Part shown: positions 1 to 12,529 of the stretch, one piece after another
Numbering within the stretch: the stretch's first letter is position 1
How the letters are laid out: every line of letters begins with the position of its first letter
NCBI RefSeq assembly: GCF_018977255.1
Contig: NW_024704742.1
Span: 92,010,001-92,074,000, forward strand
Reading direction: 5' to 3'
DNA: 64,000 bases
Source of the DNA: Callorhinchus milii
Taxonomy: Eukaryota
Notes under the pieces: model-generated
Told to the model about the DNA's origin: nothing
Seen by the model: the letters and a program-made list of their open reading frames with translations, nothing else
Databases searched by the model: none
Program-made: the position numbers and the translations under genes

Positions 1-115
1 ATTGTTCATTTAAAAAAACGAGCTTTTCATTCACATCTTTCCGATGCTGATTACAGTTGAAGGCATTTAAAAAGAATACGATTGCATACATCAGAGATAG
101 CCATGAGAAGCTTAC

Positions 116-310
116 CATCTGATTCCGCTATTTCTTCAGCATGGGTCTCTCTCTGTGGTTCACCGTCTGCAGACGTAGAGGCTGCTGGAGGGTCAGTGTG
201 CCGTTTGGATACTGGCAGGATGTGGCCATGCACTTTCAGATAATGCTGTTTCAGCTGGCTTACCATCATTGTGGTATGGGAACAGAAGGAACACTTGTAG
301 CTATGCTCCA
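116..310 (-). CDS. ZNF462: ZNF462 exon 7 (195 nt): (V)EHSYKCSFCSHTTMMVSQLKQHYLKVHG...EEIAESD
   Basis: Acceptor gttttaccag|TG (phase 1), donor GAT G|gtaagc; within ORF 51..389; C2H2 finger resembling ZNF462 EHAYKCSWCSFSTMTISQLKEHSLKVHG. Confidence 0.93.
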
Positions 311-2099
311 CTGGTAAAACACAACACATTTTGAACATGTTGGCTAAGCTTACCATAATATTCCATTTGAGATTAGTGGACAATTGCAAATGACGAGTGG
401 TCGGGAGTCAATTCTGCATGTGGCATGGCTATGTGTGATATAGAACAGCCATTTCACTTTTTAAATGCCTTCACATAACTTCATTACCCAATGGCCAAAT
501 TAAGTGTAAGGTACATCATCATTACACACTGGAAGAAATACAATTTAGAAGTGTAGGTTTCTTTCATCTCTATACTGAAATGATCCTTATTTCTGGAAAA
601 ATATTGTCAGCTCCTATTGACTCTGTCCCCCAAGACCCAATAGATTTAAATCATGTATTTATTATTACAAAATATCACATTGGACACTCGGGTTCCCCTT
701 CTCAAGAGTAAATTACTAGCTTAACTATTGATGGATTTACTTTCTTATCCAATTTACAAGTTAATCTTCTATCCACTATAGAATTGACTGATTGACACCT
801 CAAATGTTACAAAGCTGTAGATGAGTTTAAGAAAACACTCCCAGTCAACTTCACTGTGTTGTCATTTGAGAATCTGCAAGGTTTTATCATGTCTACTATA
901 AGTTTTGTTGGCCCTATACCTTTAATGAAATGGGGGACAACAATTGCTATAATTTCTTCACAGGTCACCTAAATGGATCAAGAATTCTTCAAGTGTCAGT
1001 GTAAATAACTCAGCTAACTAATCAAGGTCCCTTTTTCCTCTTACAAAGCATGCAGGCAAGCAATAAATAAACTTTGCTGTTCTGTTCTACATCAGGAAAG
1101 TTAGACCATGTTGTTTTTGCTGTTATACGATAGTGAAATGAATGCACAATGTAATAGCTTTATGGGTTTCTCCAGTTTTCCGACCATTAACATTTTTAGA
1201 TTTGGAAATCAATTTTTACTGTGATATATCAAGAGCTCTTTCTAATCTGTTGCCACCGCATCCACAACCTCAAACTCAATCAGGATTCTCATGACCTGAA
1301 TTAACTTATTCCACTGAGAATTCCTTCATCTAGTTTTATATCCGGTACGATACGCACTCTGGACCCATATGCATATCCCATCTAGAGGGGCCAGTGCATT
1401 GCGGCACAGTAAACTCAGTTTTGTGCACATCAAATAAAAAACAGTTGCGTTCTATTTGTTTCCGAAAGCTAGAGAATTTATAGAGAGGGTAAGCACGCAT
1501 GCAATAGAACTTCGGTGTTGCTCTTATGCATTTATTTCTACATGATGAACTATGGCAAACTTAACTCGTGCTATTTTGAGTTAATAACAGGGTGAAACAA
1601 TATCCTCAAATCTCTTTGTGAATCTTTAACACCAAGCTCTACTAAATTTGCTGGTGAAGGGGAAGAAAAAGGGGAACTCAGCCACCCAGTGTCAACATCC
1701 ATTGACACCATTTGGAGTATGTGGACGTTGGACAAGAACAGCGTTGGGCTCGGTTGCAGAGGCCAAAATAAACCTTGTATGCTCTTTGTCAAAACTCATA
1801 CATGCAGATATAGGTCATTGGGCAATGCACCAGAGGAGTCATGCACACATAGGATTCTATCCAAGTAGAAGGAAAAAGGGAGTCGAACAGCATGAAGGGG
1901 GATAAAATTACTTGCATCTGACATAACACCTTTCACAGCAGGAGGATGTCACAAAGCGCTTCACAGGATTTACTGTAAAGTGCAGTGACTGTATATTTTG
2001 TAGGCCAAGGGTAGCACATAAAGCAAAGTAACAGGAAAATGGCATCCAAGCTCATAATAAATATATTATATAAACACAAGCCAGTTTCATAAAATCTTC

Positions 2100-2455
2100 T
2101 TGCTAGGGATGAGATGTTTAATGGAGATGTATAAAATTATAAAAAGGGTTTGATAAGGTTGGCATAAATAGTCTGTTTCCACTGGTTGGGGAGTCTATAA
2201 CTAGGGGACACAAGTATAAGATAGAGACTAGGGGATCTAAGGATCTAGAGAATTTAGGAGGAAGTATTTCACAAGAAGGGTAGAGAGAGAACTCACTGCC
2301 TGAAGCAGTGTTGAATCAAATAGCAAAAATGCATTCAAGAGGAAGCTTCACATGAGGGAGAGGGGAAGAGAAGGGTGTGGGAAGATGTAAGGAATAGGGG
2401 AAGACTGGTGTAGCGTATAAAAACCGGGCCTGTTTCTATGCTGTACATTCTTTGA
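2100..2455 (+). mobile_element. Old CR1 3' fragment
   Basis: GATGTATAAAATTATAAAAGGGTTTGATAAGG...CTGTTTCCACTGGTTGGGGAGTCTATAACTAGGGGACAC resembles 34320-34430; ends GGCCTGTTTCTATGCTGTA. Confidence 0.75.
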
Positions 2456-2854
2456 ATCAGCAAGAAAATCAGAACAACCGGGCCTTTTTTTGTTTGCTCA
2501 GTCTTGGGAGTAACATTTATGGCCCACCCCCAATTGCCTGAGAAAGTGGTAGTGGGCTGTCTCTTTAAACTGCTCACCTTGATAATACATCCAGGATATT
2601 GTTTGGTAGGAAACTCGCTAAATTAATCAAAATTAATCAAGCCAATTTTATAAATAACTTGCTTCCTACCAATGTACTTAAAAGGTGCTAGTACACATTG
2701 TTATTCATCACTGGAGGATATTTTTCACAATTATTTAGGTTATATTACAGAACTGCATTAAGTGTAATAAGTATTTTGCTGAGTTAGCTGATCCCTCATT
2801 TGTATACCAAGGTTGATGCTGTAATGGGAAGAAAGTAGGGTGTGAATTCTGAAA

Positions 2855-3040
2855 GAATAATACTTAAATTTGACATAGCGCTTTATTACGTTGTTGAGAC
2901 GTCTGAAAGCGCTTCGCAGAATATACTATAAAACGGATTGACTGTATTTTGTAGGCAAAATGCGGTAGCCAATTGCACACGGGGGTGTCCCTACACAGCA
3001 GTGTCCCCACAAACAGTCGTGGATTGAGCGATGACCACAT
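2855..3040 (-). mobile_element. SINE 3' fragment
   Basis: Tail and core similar to the A/B SINEs. Confidence 0.75.
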
Positions 3041-3760
3041 TTTTTTTTGATGGTACATCCTTCCAACGTGAAAGGCGTTATTATACAAATTAATTTGTTG
3101 TTGAAGGGTGAGGTGAAATGGGCCAATGTCTGAACTAATCTTGAGATATAGTGTGATCCCTTGTGCCCCTAGGTTAAGGAAGGAGAACGGGAAAGAAAAA
3201 AGGGTTCCTGTTCCACTGTACAGTATCCCCTACTGGCAAGTCCTTCAAACATAATGCTAAAATTGTCATCAATTAAACCTGGATAGCTCTGTCTTTCTGC
3301 TGCATGTAGATTTACGTGTGTTAACTTTAAAAGTTTTGTCCTCCCACCACAAAGCAAATTCCCATTACAAAGCAACAGGATACAAGATCCTGGTGCTTGA
3401 ACATGTTTCATTGTCTGGCCATCAGACTGATATGGATAGGCCTCATTAAATGCTTTTTTGGAAAACACTGTCTGAACAATAAATGTCAGTACCGCTGATG
3501 AGATAACTACCGTAAAACATACGCTGTGCAAAAAAGCCTTCAAAACTGTTCACTTATTCAAAATATTACCTTCATTATTAGCAGTTTAAGAGAAGAATGA
3601 ATCTCCAAGGAAATGATGCCTAAGTGTACACTATACTTAACATTGCCCTAACATTTCTAATAATAGACACACCTGTGGTGATGGGTTAATGATGATGTGC
3701 GGCTTTTAATTTTAAAAACAGAAATTTCTTTTAAAAGTTCATCCCACATTATGGAATGAT

Positions 3761-3972
3761 GGCGTCCAGTTTGGGTATTTCTTATAACTGGATTCCTTAA
3801 TACAATTCCTGGCAACCCACGGGAACTCGGCTCTGAAAATAAGATTGTGTTGGAGTTTGCTTCCCCGCAGGGCTAGTATGATGAACTGCTGGTTACCAGG
3901 ACGAATCCCCATTTGCACAACTTGGATTTCTTATTAAGGAATCCTGTTAAGAAATGTCCCAAGTTAGACCCT
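3761..3972. mobile_element. Fold-back MITE-like element with ~40-bp imperfect TIRs; related end at ~55895-55950
   Basis: TCCAGTTTGGGTATTTCTTATAACTGGATTCCTTAATA versus reverse complement of TATTAAGGAATCCTGTTAAGAAATGTCCCAAGTTAGA. Confidence 0.7.
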
Positions 3973-4168
3973 GTAGTTTTAAAAGAGACAAATGTTCGCC
4001 AGAGTGCTGATTTCATATGTTTTTTTTATCATCACAATAAGGGGCTGCAGTAAGCACACATTTATTAGTCATCTACTATCTTAACTGGTGCAAACAATGG
4101 GTGGGTTTGAACCAGCTACTAATCTGACATGAAATACATCCCTGCAATATGTTAAAAAGCAATCCTAC

Positions 4169-4287
4169 CAGCATGAGCTCTCTGGATGTGGCTCTGGAGC
4201 CCGCTGATAAAGGCAGTCTTAAATGAGCAAAGTTTACATCTGAATGGTTTCTGATGTCCATGTTGATTCTGCATGTGTCGTTCCAAG
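4169..4287 (-). CDS. ZNF462: ZNF462 exon 6 (119 nt): (N)LERHMQNQHGHQKPFRCKLCSFKTAFISGLQSHIQRAHA
   Basis: Translated by hand; absent from the ORF track in this frame. Acceptor ctatttcgcag|C completes AAC and the finger started in exon 5; donor GCT G|gtagga (phase 1). Confidence 0.93.
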
Positions 4288-5749
4288 CTGCGAAATAGAA
4301 GAACGAACCCATTACATAATCATAAGGATAGCTGTTAGGAATACAACTCTACAAATTTGGCTTAGGTAAATTATCAGATGCCACATACTAGCACCAGCAA
4401 TTTAATTTTAAAGATAATGACGGAGGGAAGAGAGAGGGGACAAGAGTATTACTGAGGATCATCACTGAATCATTGCAATGCACAAATTCACTAGCCCATA
4501 GTGACACAAGAGAGAATGGGAGCTAGATAAATGCTTTATATTTGTTGACTGTCTTTGGGAAGATGGAAGAGGAGAGAAAAGAAACACCTACTGAGATCAT
4601 CCTAACCCAACAGCTGGGGTGGGCCGTGCGATGGCAGAATACATTATTTAAGGAAATTTAGCTAGTAAGATAATTTTCTTTTTTGGTCAGCTATCTGACA
4701 CACACATGCACATCTAACACATGATGAAGAATACTCAAACCAAACAGTTTCACATATTAATGATTTCCTTGCATCTCTGGAACATAATGTGCACTCTGTC
4801 GCTATAGCGAGGCACAATATTTAGCGAATTACTGAGAGTAATATGCACAGGTTGGCAAGAGCCAAGGTATGGGGACAGCAGAGTATGTTACGGGGGGTAC
4901 CGCTGGAGTCTAACCAACTAAAACCACAGAGTTTACAAGTGAAAGCACTGTCTAGCAAGCTTTCCCACCGCTTCTCCACTCTAGAGGACCACCCAAAAGT
5001 TTGCATTTGATAACTTGGCCATACATTTACTTCTTATCCCCACATGAAAGACACCATGTCAACCAACTTGTCTTAACAGCAGTCACTGGAGCAGGAGCCG
5101 CATGAGCAACACAAAAATGCCTTTGCTACGTTTTAACAGCAATGGAAGTGGTGTCAATATTGTAGGCACAAAAGCACTTCTTCTGCACGAAGTCCAATGC
5201 ATCTTCATGTTGAACTAATTCTAGCTCATTTAGATTTACTTGCAACCAGATCACGAGTACGTAAGCTGTGAAGATTTACCAGAAAGGTGTTAACAAGTGA
5301 CATTAGCATGTTAAATGCTTTAGATCAGTCATAAATGCACAGCAATTCAACACGATCTCTCTCTGATGGGTATGTTCTTGGTGCAATAAAGATGTCAAGC
5401 TCCAATATCTAGAATTCCCCCTTTCCTCCTCTTCCTTCATACTTAGCAAAGCAATTTGTTTTGACAAGCAAAGCTTCTATTTGCACTGCAAAATAATTCA
5501 AGGATATACAACACTACTCCCGTACGCGAGGCAGAAATTATTGTAAGATATTATAGGCAGCACTGCAATTGGAAGAAATAAGTGTTCTGAAATATGTACT
5601 CTCAACAACTAGATCAGGACATTTGAAGAAACTACTGGGGCATTATTGAACAGGAAGAGACTGCCTTAGAGTCTTATGTGCAATACATTGACCTTGGGTA
5701 GGTGATAATTAACTACAAATCTGCGTTCAAGGGGACAGGTTCCAGGTGA

Positions 5750-6158
5750 TAACAACAAAAAGCTACATTTGGAAAGCGCCTTTTAAATCAGGAGGGCATC
5801 CCAAGATGCTGAACAGTCAGGGAATTGGACCCGAGCGTGGGTTGGGATCAGGGAGGATGGAGGGCAGCGAGGGTAGGGATAAGAGGGTGGCCAAAAGCGC
5901 AGTTGAATAGGAGGTTCTTGACGTGCTGCGAAGGAGGCAAGGGAGGGGGCGAGGAGGAGGGACTGTGGAATGGAGTTCCAGAGGGTGGGGGCTGAAGGCC
6001 CGACCACCAATGGTGGGCCAGGCAAGGCGGGGGATATGAAGCAGGATGCTGAGCAGAGGCAGTGAAGAGGTTGATATGGGGTTAGCAGGCTCACGGGAGG
6101 CCTTGAAGGCGAGGGTGAGGATTTTGAATTCTATCTTCTGGGGGGATGGGGAACCAGA
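5750..6158 (-). mobile_element. L2 LINE 3' end including tail
   Basis: Minus-strand SAPTLWNSIPQSL..APSLASF; tail ...AAAGGCGCTTTCC...(TTG)n similar to 33846-33913. Confidence 0.8.
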
Positions 6159-6595
6159 TAAAACTGTCTTGAAGAGAAATGTCAGGAGCTTTCTGCATCA
6201 GACCAGCTTATTGTTTTTTCTTTGTTGGTAGTGGTATTGCATGCAGGATTTGTAGGCAGATACATTGCTGAGGTTCTCCCATTTACAGATTCAATACGTT
6301 TTGGGTACCGAGTGAAATCATTGGGAACTCAGCAGTTCCAGGGAAATGTCTACCCAAGGCCAAACAACCGTTAATTCATAATGCAATGCTTCTGTTGCAA
6401 CAGGAAGAAATACACCCAGAGAGCACAAAATAACACATCCCTATCTATACTGATAGAGCAGGGAGGACAGACTGCACATCAGTAAACCTGCAGTAAGATC
6501 TATATCCCTGCCCAGTCCAGCCTCAAACTGAACCTACGAGACTCTTATTGGTTTGGGGGAAAGTTATAAGTTTAGATCTTTCCCCAAAGGAACAA

Positions 6596-6958
6596 ATAAT
6601 AAGTAATAATCCTTGCATTGGATATAGTACCTTATCATGTCTTCCGAGACATTTCAAGCGCTTCACAGAATATACTGTAAAGTGAATTGACTGTAATATT
6701 TTGTGAGTAGTAATTGGCAGCCAATTGCGCACAGCAACGTCCCACAAACAGTCGTGGATTGAGTGACCACATTTTATTTTAAGGAATTATTACCATCAGA
6801 AAAGCGATCTGCCAATCGACTAACAACCGGGTACCTACTTATTGCTAGGTAAAAAGAGGCATGGTGAGCAAGGACTCTTGCCCAATGTTTCGCCCTGGCC
6901 GAGAATCACACCCAAGTCTCTCATTTGCGAGGCGAGTGCTCTAACCACTGAGCTACAA
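6596..6958 (-). mobile_element. Full-length SINE subfamily B
   Basis: Collinear with 27489-27858 including the extra middle segment and the tRNA-like head GAGTGCTCTAACCACTGAGCTACA. Confidence 0.88.
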
Positions 6959-8514
6959 GAAGCCATAAAGGGTTAGAATCTCTGGACCAATCTCAGTAGC
7001 TTCCCAATGGAGTTGTAGCAGTAGTAGTAATAGGAGAATGTTGATGCTAATGCTGAAGGTTGTCCAAAGAACACACATTAAAGACACGCAGGTGCAACAG
7101 AAGTGAGAGTAGATGATCGTTTTGCAGTGAATCTGGCCAATCCATTCTTGACTAGAGAAATCCTGGATGCTCCCAGTGAGCCGGGGGGCGGGTGGGGGAA
7201 TATATGCCATTTTCTGGCATTACTTAGGTTCACTTATCATCCCATCAAAGCAAAACCCAAAAGGATTAATCAGCTTGCTTAACAGTTGAAAGTAACAAGA
7301 CACACACACACAAAAAAAGAAAGATTAGGTGTTTTCTGTACTTGACACATCTTGACAAGCCAGTGTTCTGTGTTTGTTCACTGTTGATGGATAACCTAAG
7401 AGAATGCTTGATGCACACTGAAACGAACACCAGCAGGTTACCAAAACATTTCTCCACAAACATGAAAAAAACATTTACTCTGTTGGCAATAGCTATGAGC
7501 TCCAAATGAGATAGCAGGGAATGAGCAGCAGAAGTGGGTAGTTATTTTAATTTCATGTGAATCCATTTACATGGAAGGGTTGCTGACACTAATCATAGTC
7601 TTGTGACATTTCGAACAATAAAAATCAAAGAAAATTCCCTGGGAAAATGTCACTGATTACTATACAGGTGCAGGAGTCAAACATTAACTCCTTTCTTCCT
7701 GACGAATATCCCCAGTAACATTAAAGCATTATTACAGTAAAATGTCCAACAGATTGTGTAAGGATCTTAAGAAGCAGAATCAACCATGGAAAGGGGATGG
7801 GTAACTCAACAAAGAACATTAGAATAAGAACAACAAATTACATTTCTATAGCGTCGGGAGAACATCCCAAAGTACTCGACAGTGAAGGAATTGCACCAGA
7901 GCTGGGGAGAAAGAGAAAAGTAAAAGGGAGATGTATATGTGAATGAAGCCAAATAAATAAATGTATAAAAAATACAAAAGCGAAAATGAATCGCTCTTCA
8001 AGTGCACAGACGTTTCCTGTAGGAGAACTACAAAAATAAAATTCCCTATATTTCAGCTAACTGTGGTTATAAAGCTGAATGAAACAATTTACCTCAAGGC
8101 AACTCTTCGCTGGGAATTAACAGCGAAACAATTGAGAGATGCAAGAGGTAAGAATCAGCTCATTACTTAAGACTTAATCTGTTACAAAATCCTATCAAGG
8201 TCTTTCAGTAGTTTAGCAAGCAAAACACAGGTAGAGACATTTCTCATTTTGGGATAAAATATGGTCATCTTGACTGTGGCCAATGTAATAATCCATACTA
8301 TTACAATTATTATTATTACATTTCCCTTGGAACCTCATCCCGACATGAAGGGCGCTATACAAATGTCATCTGATGTTGTTGTTTAATAAATTATTTCTTC
8401 CGGCAAAAATAACCAAAGTGGTGAATAGTGAAATGCCTACAAATGCTGGTGCAGAGATGAGTGCTAACCAGTTCATTTCCCCCACCTTCTACTCCTCATA
8501 AATTTTCATCATTT

Positions 8515-8655
8515 GCTGAGCGCAATTGGCTGCCGCGTTACGCCCACAAAATATACAGTCAATCCACTTTACAGTGTAATCTGTGAAGCGCTTTGAGGCA
8601 TCTCAACGACGTGATAAGGTGCTATATCAAATGCAAGGATTATTATTATCATTAT
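8515..8655 (+). mobile_element. SINE 3' fragment
   Basis: GCGCAATTGGCTGCCGCG...GTGAAGCGCTTTGAG...GCTATATCAAATGCAAGGATTATTATT. Confidence 0.8.
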
Positions 8656-9159
8656 CATCACCAGTCAAACTGAGAGAAAGTCAGAACTGTGGCAAACTGA
8701 TTCTACAGTCACAATAGATACTCTGTAATCTTCAGGTGTTTAACATGATGAGAAACAGAAATGTGGCTGGGGAAGGCAAGGACTGGATTCCAGTCCTGAC
8801 AGTAGCAGGAATGAGACCAGAGAAAGATCTTGCACAGGTTCAATGTTCCTTCCTAATTTTTAAGAGAAGAAAGCAATTGGCATCTCAGGGTCTTGCTGAA
8901 AACGAGACATAAATTAGGATTGAGAAAGGTATCCCCCCAGGCTGGGCTGAAAAAGGAATCCCAGCATCTTCAACCCAAGGGAATTTTCTGTTCCAAAATC
9001 TTTTGTAATCAGATAAAATCTTCAAAATCTTCCTCCTTGATGCTCTATATATGGGCCTGATGTCAGCAACATCAGAAATGATGAGCTTTGAGAAAGGTGA
9101 CCCCAGCATTCTACATAAATGAGACCTGAAATTCCACTTAGTCGTACCCTACAAGAACA

Positions 9160-9600
9160 TTCTCCCGCCTGGATTACTCAAACACACTCCTCGCCAATCT
9201 CCCCAGCTCCACTATTAAAAAGATCCAGCTCATTCAGAACTCTGCTGCCCGCACACTGATCTGGACCAAACTCCATACCTACATCTCACCAGTTCTGGCC
9301 AGGCTCCACTGGCTCCCCATCACCGAACGACTTCAATATCCTCACACTCGTGTTCAAATCCATTCACTCCCTGGAACCTCCCTATCTCTCCGACCTCCTC
9401 ACTCCCCAATCCACCACCCAGAGCCTCCGCTCGACTGGCACTGGCCTCCTGCTCATCTCTTGCATTCTGACCCACCATCAATAGTCACGCTTTCAGCCAC
9501 TACGCCCCGAAACTCTGGAACACTCTCCCTCAATCCCTCCGTCCTGCCTCCTCTCTCCCCATTTTCAAGTCCAATCTGAAAACTTTCCTCTTCAACCGTG
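9160..9600 (+). mobile_element. L2 LINE ORF2 3' fragment (degenerate)
   Basis: Reads SRLDYSNTLL, IQNSAAR, LARLHWLP, APKLWNTLP, FKSNLKTFLF with frameshifts. Confidence 0.85.
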
Positions 9601-9699
9601 CCCCCACCATGGCTCGGAGTCAGGCTCCGCCACTGTTAAGCATTCTGAGACTCTACCCTGTGTGGAGGGCGGTATATACGTGCACTTTGTTGTTGTTGC

Positions 9700-10250
9700 C
9701 TGTACAGAATTAGCGGACAGGTTGATTTGGGGTCAGCAGGTCGTAGAGGTAGGAAGGAGCAAGGCAGTGGATGGCCTTCAAGGCGAGGACGAAGATTTTG
9801 AACACTATCCTCTGAGGAATGGAGAGCCAGTGGAGCCGGGTGAGGGTGGAGTTGATAGGGCATGGAGCCTGGTGCGGGAGAGGACACGAGCTGTAGATGA
9901 TATGCAGCTTTGGAGGGAAGAGTTGGAAAGGCTGACAAGCAGTGAGATGGAGTAGTCGAGCCTAGATATGATGAATGCGTGGATGAAGGTTTTGGCGGTC
10001 TGAGGCGTGAGGTAGTGGAGAGGCCGGGCAATGTTATGTAGGTGGGGGAAGGCAAAGCGGGTCATTGCACTGATGTAGGGTAGAAAGGATAGTTGAGGGT
10101 CAAACAAGATGTCAAGGTTCTGGACTGGCTTAGTAAGGTGGAGTGTGCATCCTTGGATGGTGATGCTGTCAGTGCCTGTGGTGTGGAGGCGCTGACGGCG
10201 GCCAATCAGGAGAGCCTCGGTCTTGTTGGTGTTCAACTGTAGAAAGTTAC
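9700..10250 (-). mobile_element. L2 LINE ORF2 fragment (degenerate)
   Basis: ORF 9805..10236: LNTNKTEALLIG...FDPQLSF..HI/YI...AFPHLHNIA...FIHAFIISRLDYS, typical of L2 RT C-terminal region. Confidence 0.88.
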
Positions 10251-10804
10251 CTCATTAAGTGCAAGACATTAAATGGTCTTGCACACTAACAGGAGGTCCT
10301 AAAGAAAGACTATGCGCGCAACACCATAACCCCCATCCCATCCCCAAGTCAGATGTATGAAAGAATCTTGAAAGGATTGCTTTTAAGTCATTCTTCCCAA
10401 TGATCAGTGCTTATTTCTCCTAATGGTACACGGACAGTGTGGTGAAGAGTGAAATTTATTCCACTTAAACAGTGATCCAGTTACAAACTATGGATTGTAC
10501 TTTTTCCAGACTAAATCATACAATAACGATGGGATTGATCAATACATGGATTTTGCAAGATGAATTATGAAGCGTCAGCCAACGGATCGGTTTATGACAC
10601 AAGGGATAAAAGCAAACATGCTGCAGCCTACTTCTGTCCAACTCCCACTCTCTTTATTGATTTATTGCTCAATTCCATCCTTTTTCAAGTAGAGGCCACC
10701 ATTCTGTTGAATCCCAGGTCTTTCTTTACTTTGTAGTTGCACCAGCGCTACACAATCTATCAAATAATTGAAGTTCTATGAGCATCATTCATTCCAAAAC
10801 ATTG

Positions 10805-11265
10805 AGGCCTGAAATTTCTCATGTTCTTAGTCTTAGGATGGCACCAAGGCAGCAGAAGAGGTTTTGAGTTATGAAGGGCAATTTGAGGACAGAGACCGGG
10901 AAGGTTTTCTTTACCCAGAGGATAATAAATGAGTGTACATGTTGTCACGAAGTTTGATTGAGGCCAGGACACTGGACCAGTTTAAAAAAAACCTTGATCC
11001 TGTGATGGGATGGAGAGGGGATATTCTGTATGGATGAGATCAGATTGGCCGAAGGGTCTTCCTCATCCGAAACAATCTTGTGAGTATCATTGTCTTAGAC
11101 ATTAGGATCACACAGAAATTTGGAAACGTACTAAAAATCAGCCTTCAAACGTAAAAACTACAGAAAGTTAGCCTCCAAACTGAGAGGGAATCATTTTCCA
11201 AAAAAAACATACATTTATAAGGTACGTTAATCTTAAGGCTTAAGACCAAGATTAATTTCCAGTCT
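10805..11265. mobile_element. Related MITE copy interrupted by a CR1 3' fragment (~10845-11085, +)
   Basis: AGGCCTGAAATTTCTCATGTTCTTAGTCTTAGGA at left and CTTAAGGCTTAAGACCAAGATTAATTTCCAGTCT at right; the interior has CR1-like TTTCTTTACCCAGAGG and GGCCGAAGGGTCTTCCT. Confidence 0.6.
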
Positions 11266-11317
11266 GTGATCTACCATACTCTTTGCTGGTGTCGAGGCAA
11301 AGCAATACACATAAATA

Positions 11318-11424
11318 CAGGGTGACCAAAAATTTGTGATAACTACACTCTTATCTAAAAAAACATAACATCTTTAAAAGACTTATTAGACATTGTAATG
11401 GTGTCACAACTTTTGGTCACCCTG
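11318..11424. mobile_element. 107-bp Tc1/mariner-type MITE with TA target duplication
   Basis: TA|CAGGGTGACCAAAAATTTGTGA ... TCACAACTTTTGGTCACCCTG|TA. Confidence 0.85.
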
Positions 11425-11533
11425 TAATAACAATCAGGTTAAGGAAGAATGACATCAGATTTCATTTTTATATTTTAAAACAAACTTTCTTTTGAGAAAC
11501 TGTTGATTATCAAAGTGTTCTAGGTTTACTCAC

Positions 11534-11808
11534 TTTTGTCTGAAAGCAGTGACAAATGAGCAGTACTGGCAGTGGTGTTTGCTTTCACGGCAAAAGAGCG
11601 CCGAAGCCATGTGACTCCTTTCGTGGGACCGCAGGCCTTGGAGGGACATGAGAATCCGATCACACTGACTGCACGGGTAACCTCCCAGGGTAGCATCCGC
11701 AGCGATGGAATCCTCCTCCCCTTCTAACAGCTGCTCTGCCTCGCCATAGTGTAAAACTTCTGAAGATTTTTCGGGTGAATACATGGAAAGTGTTTCTTCA
11801 TTCTTATT
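11534..11808 (-). CDS. ZNF462: ZNF462 exon 5 (275 nt): NKNEE...GGYPCSQCDRILMSLQGLRSHERSH...CQYCSFVTAFRQ
   Basis: Acceptor ttttccttgcag|AAT, donor CAA AA|gtgagt (phase 2); within ORF 11530..11982; GLRSHERSH finger typical of ZNF462. Confidence 0.93.
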
Positions 11809-12529
11809 CTGCAAGGAAAAGTTCATAAGGTTGGGGGTGGGGAAGAAAGCACTCGTGAGATTTGGAACAGTTTGTGAGATCACATGACAGCTTGCATATT
11901 TTATTGTTTTAAAAATCGAAGAGTAGCGTAACCTGGCTGACCTCCTTGGGGATTCGGGGAGGGTTGCAAGGCTGTAACCCAATCGAGAGGTTCAAATAAC
12001 AAACCATAAGGATAGAGTTACTGTCCTGTACAACCTCAGATCCATTGACTATTTGGTATAACATATACTATCTGTAATGCAATCCAGATGTACCAAGGAA
12101 CAGATGGTCATTGACAAACTCAAAGACCTACAAGCGAATACCTGAACAAGGTCATCTTAAGGGCTATGTGCATGGACTTGACATTATTCATTCACTAATC
12201 CAGTCATTTAAGAGCCTCATCTAATCTTCCAGGTTGCAAAATACCACCAAATCTCAAAATATTGCAACATCCAGTGATTTCTGACGCTAGCACTTAAGTC
12301 CAGAACCAGGTAACAATACACAAATGGACTCAGAAGGCCACAGGTTGCATCAGTAGAAAATATTACTCCACAGACCTATATCTACGACCATAATGCTGCC
12401 ATACAAACTTCAAAACTGAATGCTGGAGCTTTGAAAAACATGCAAGTAGATGTATTTGAAAAGCTAGCAATATGCTGCATGGAATATTGAATTTGTTCTT
12501 TACAGAATAACTCACACCTTGAGACGGAC

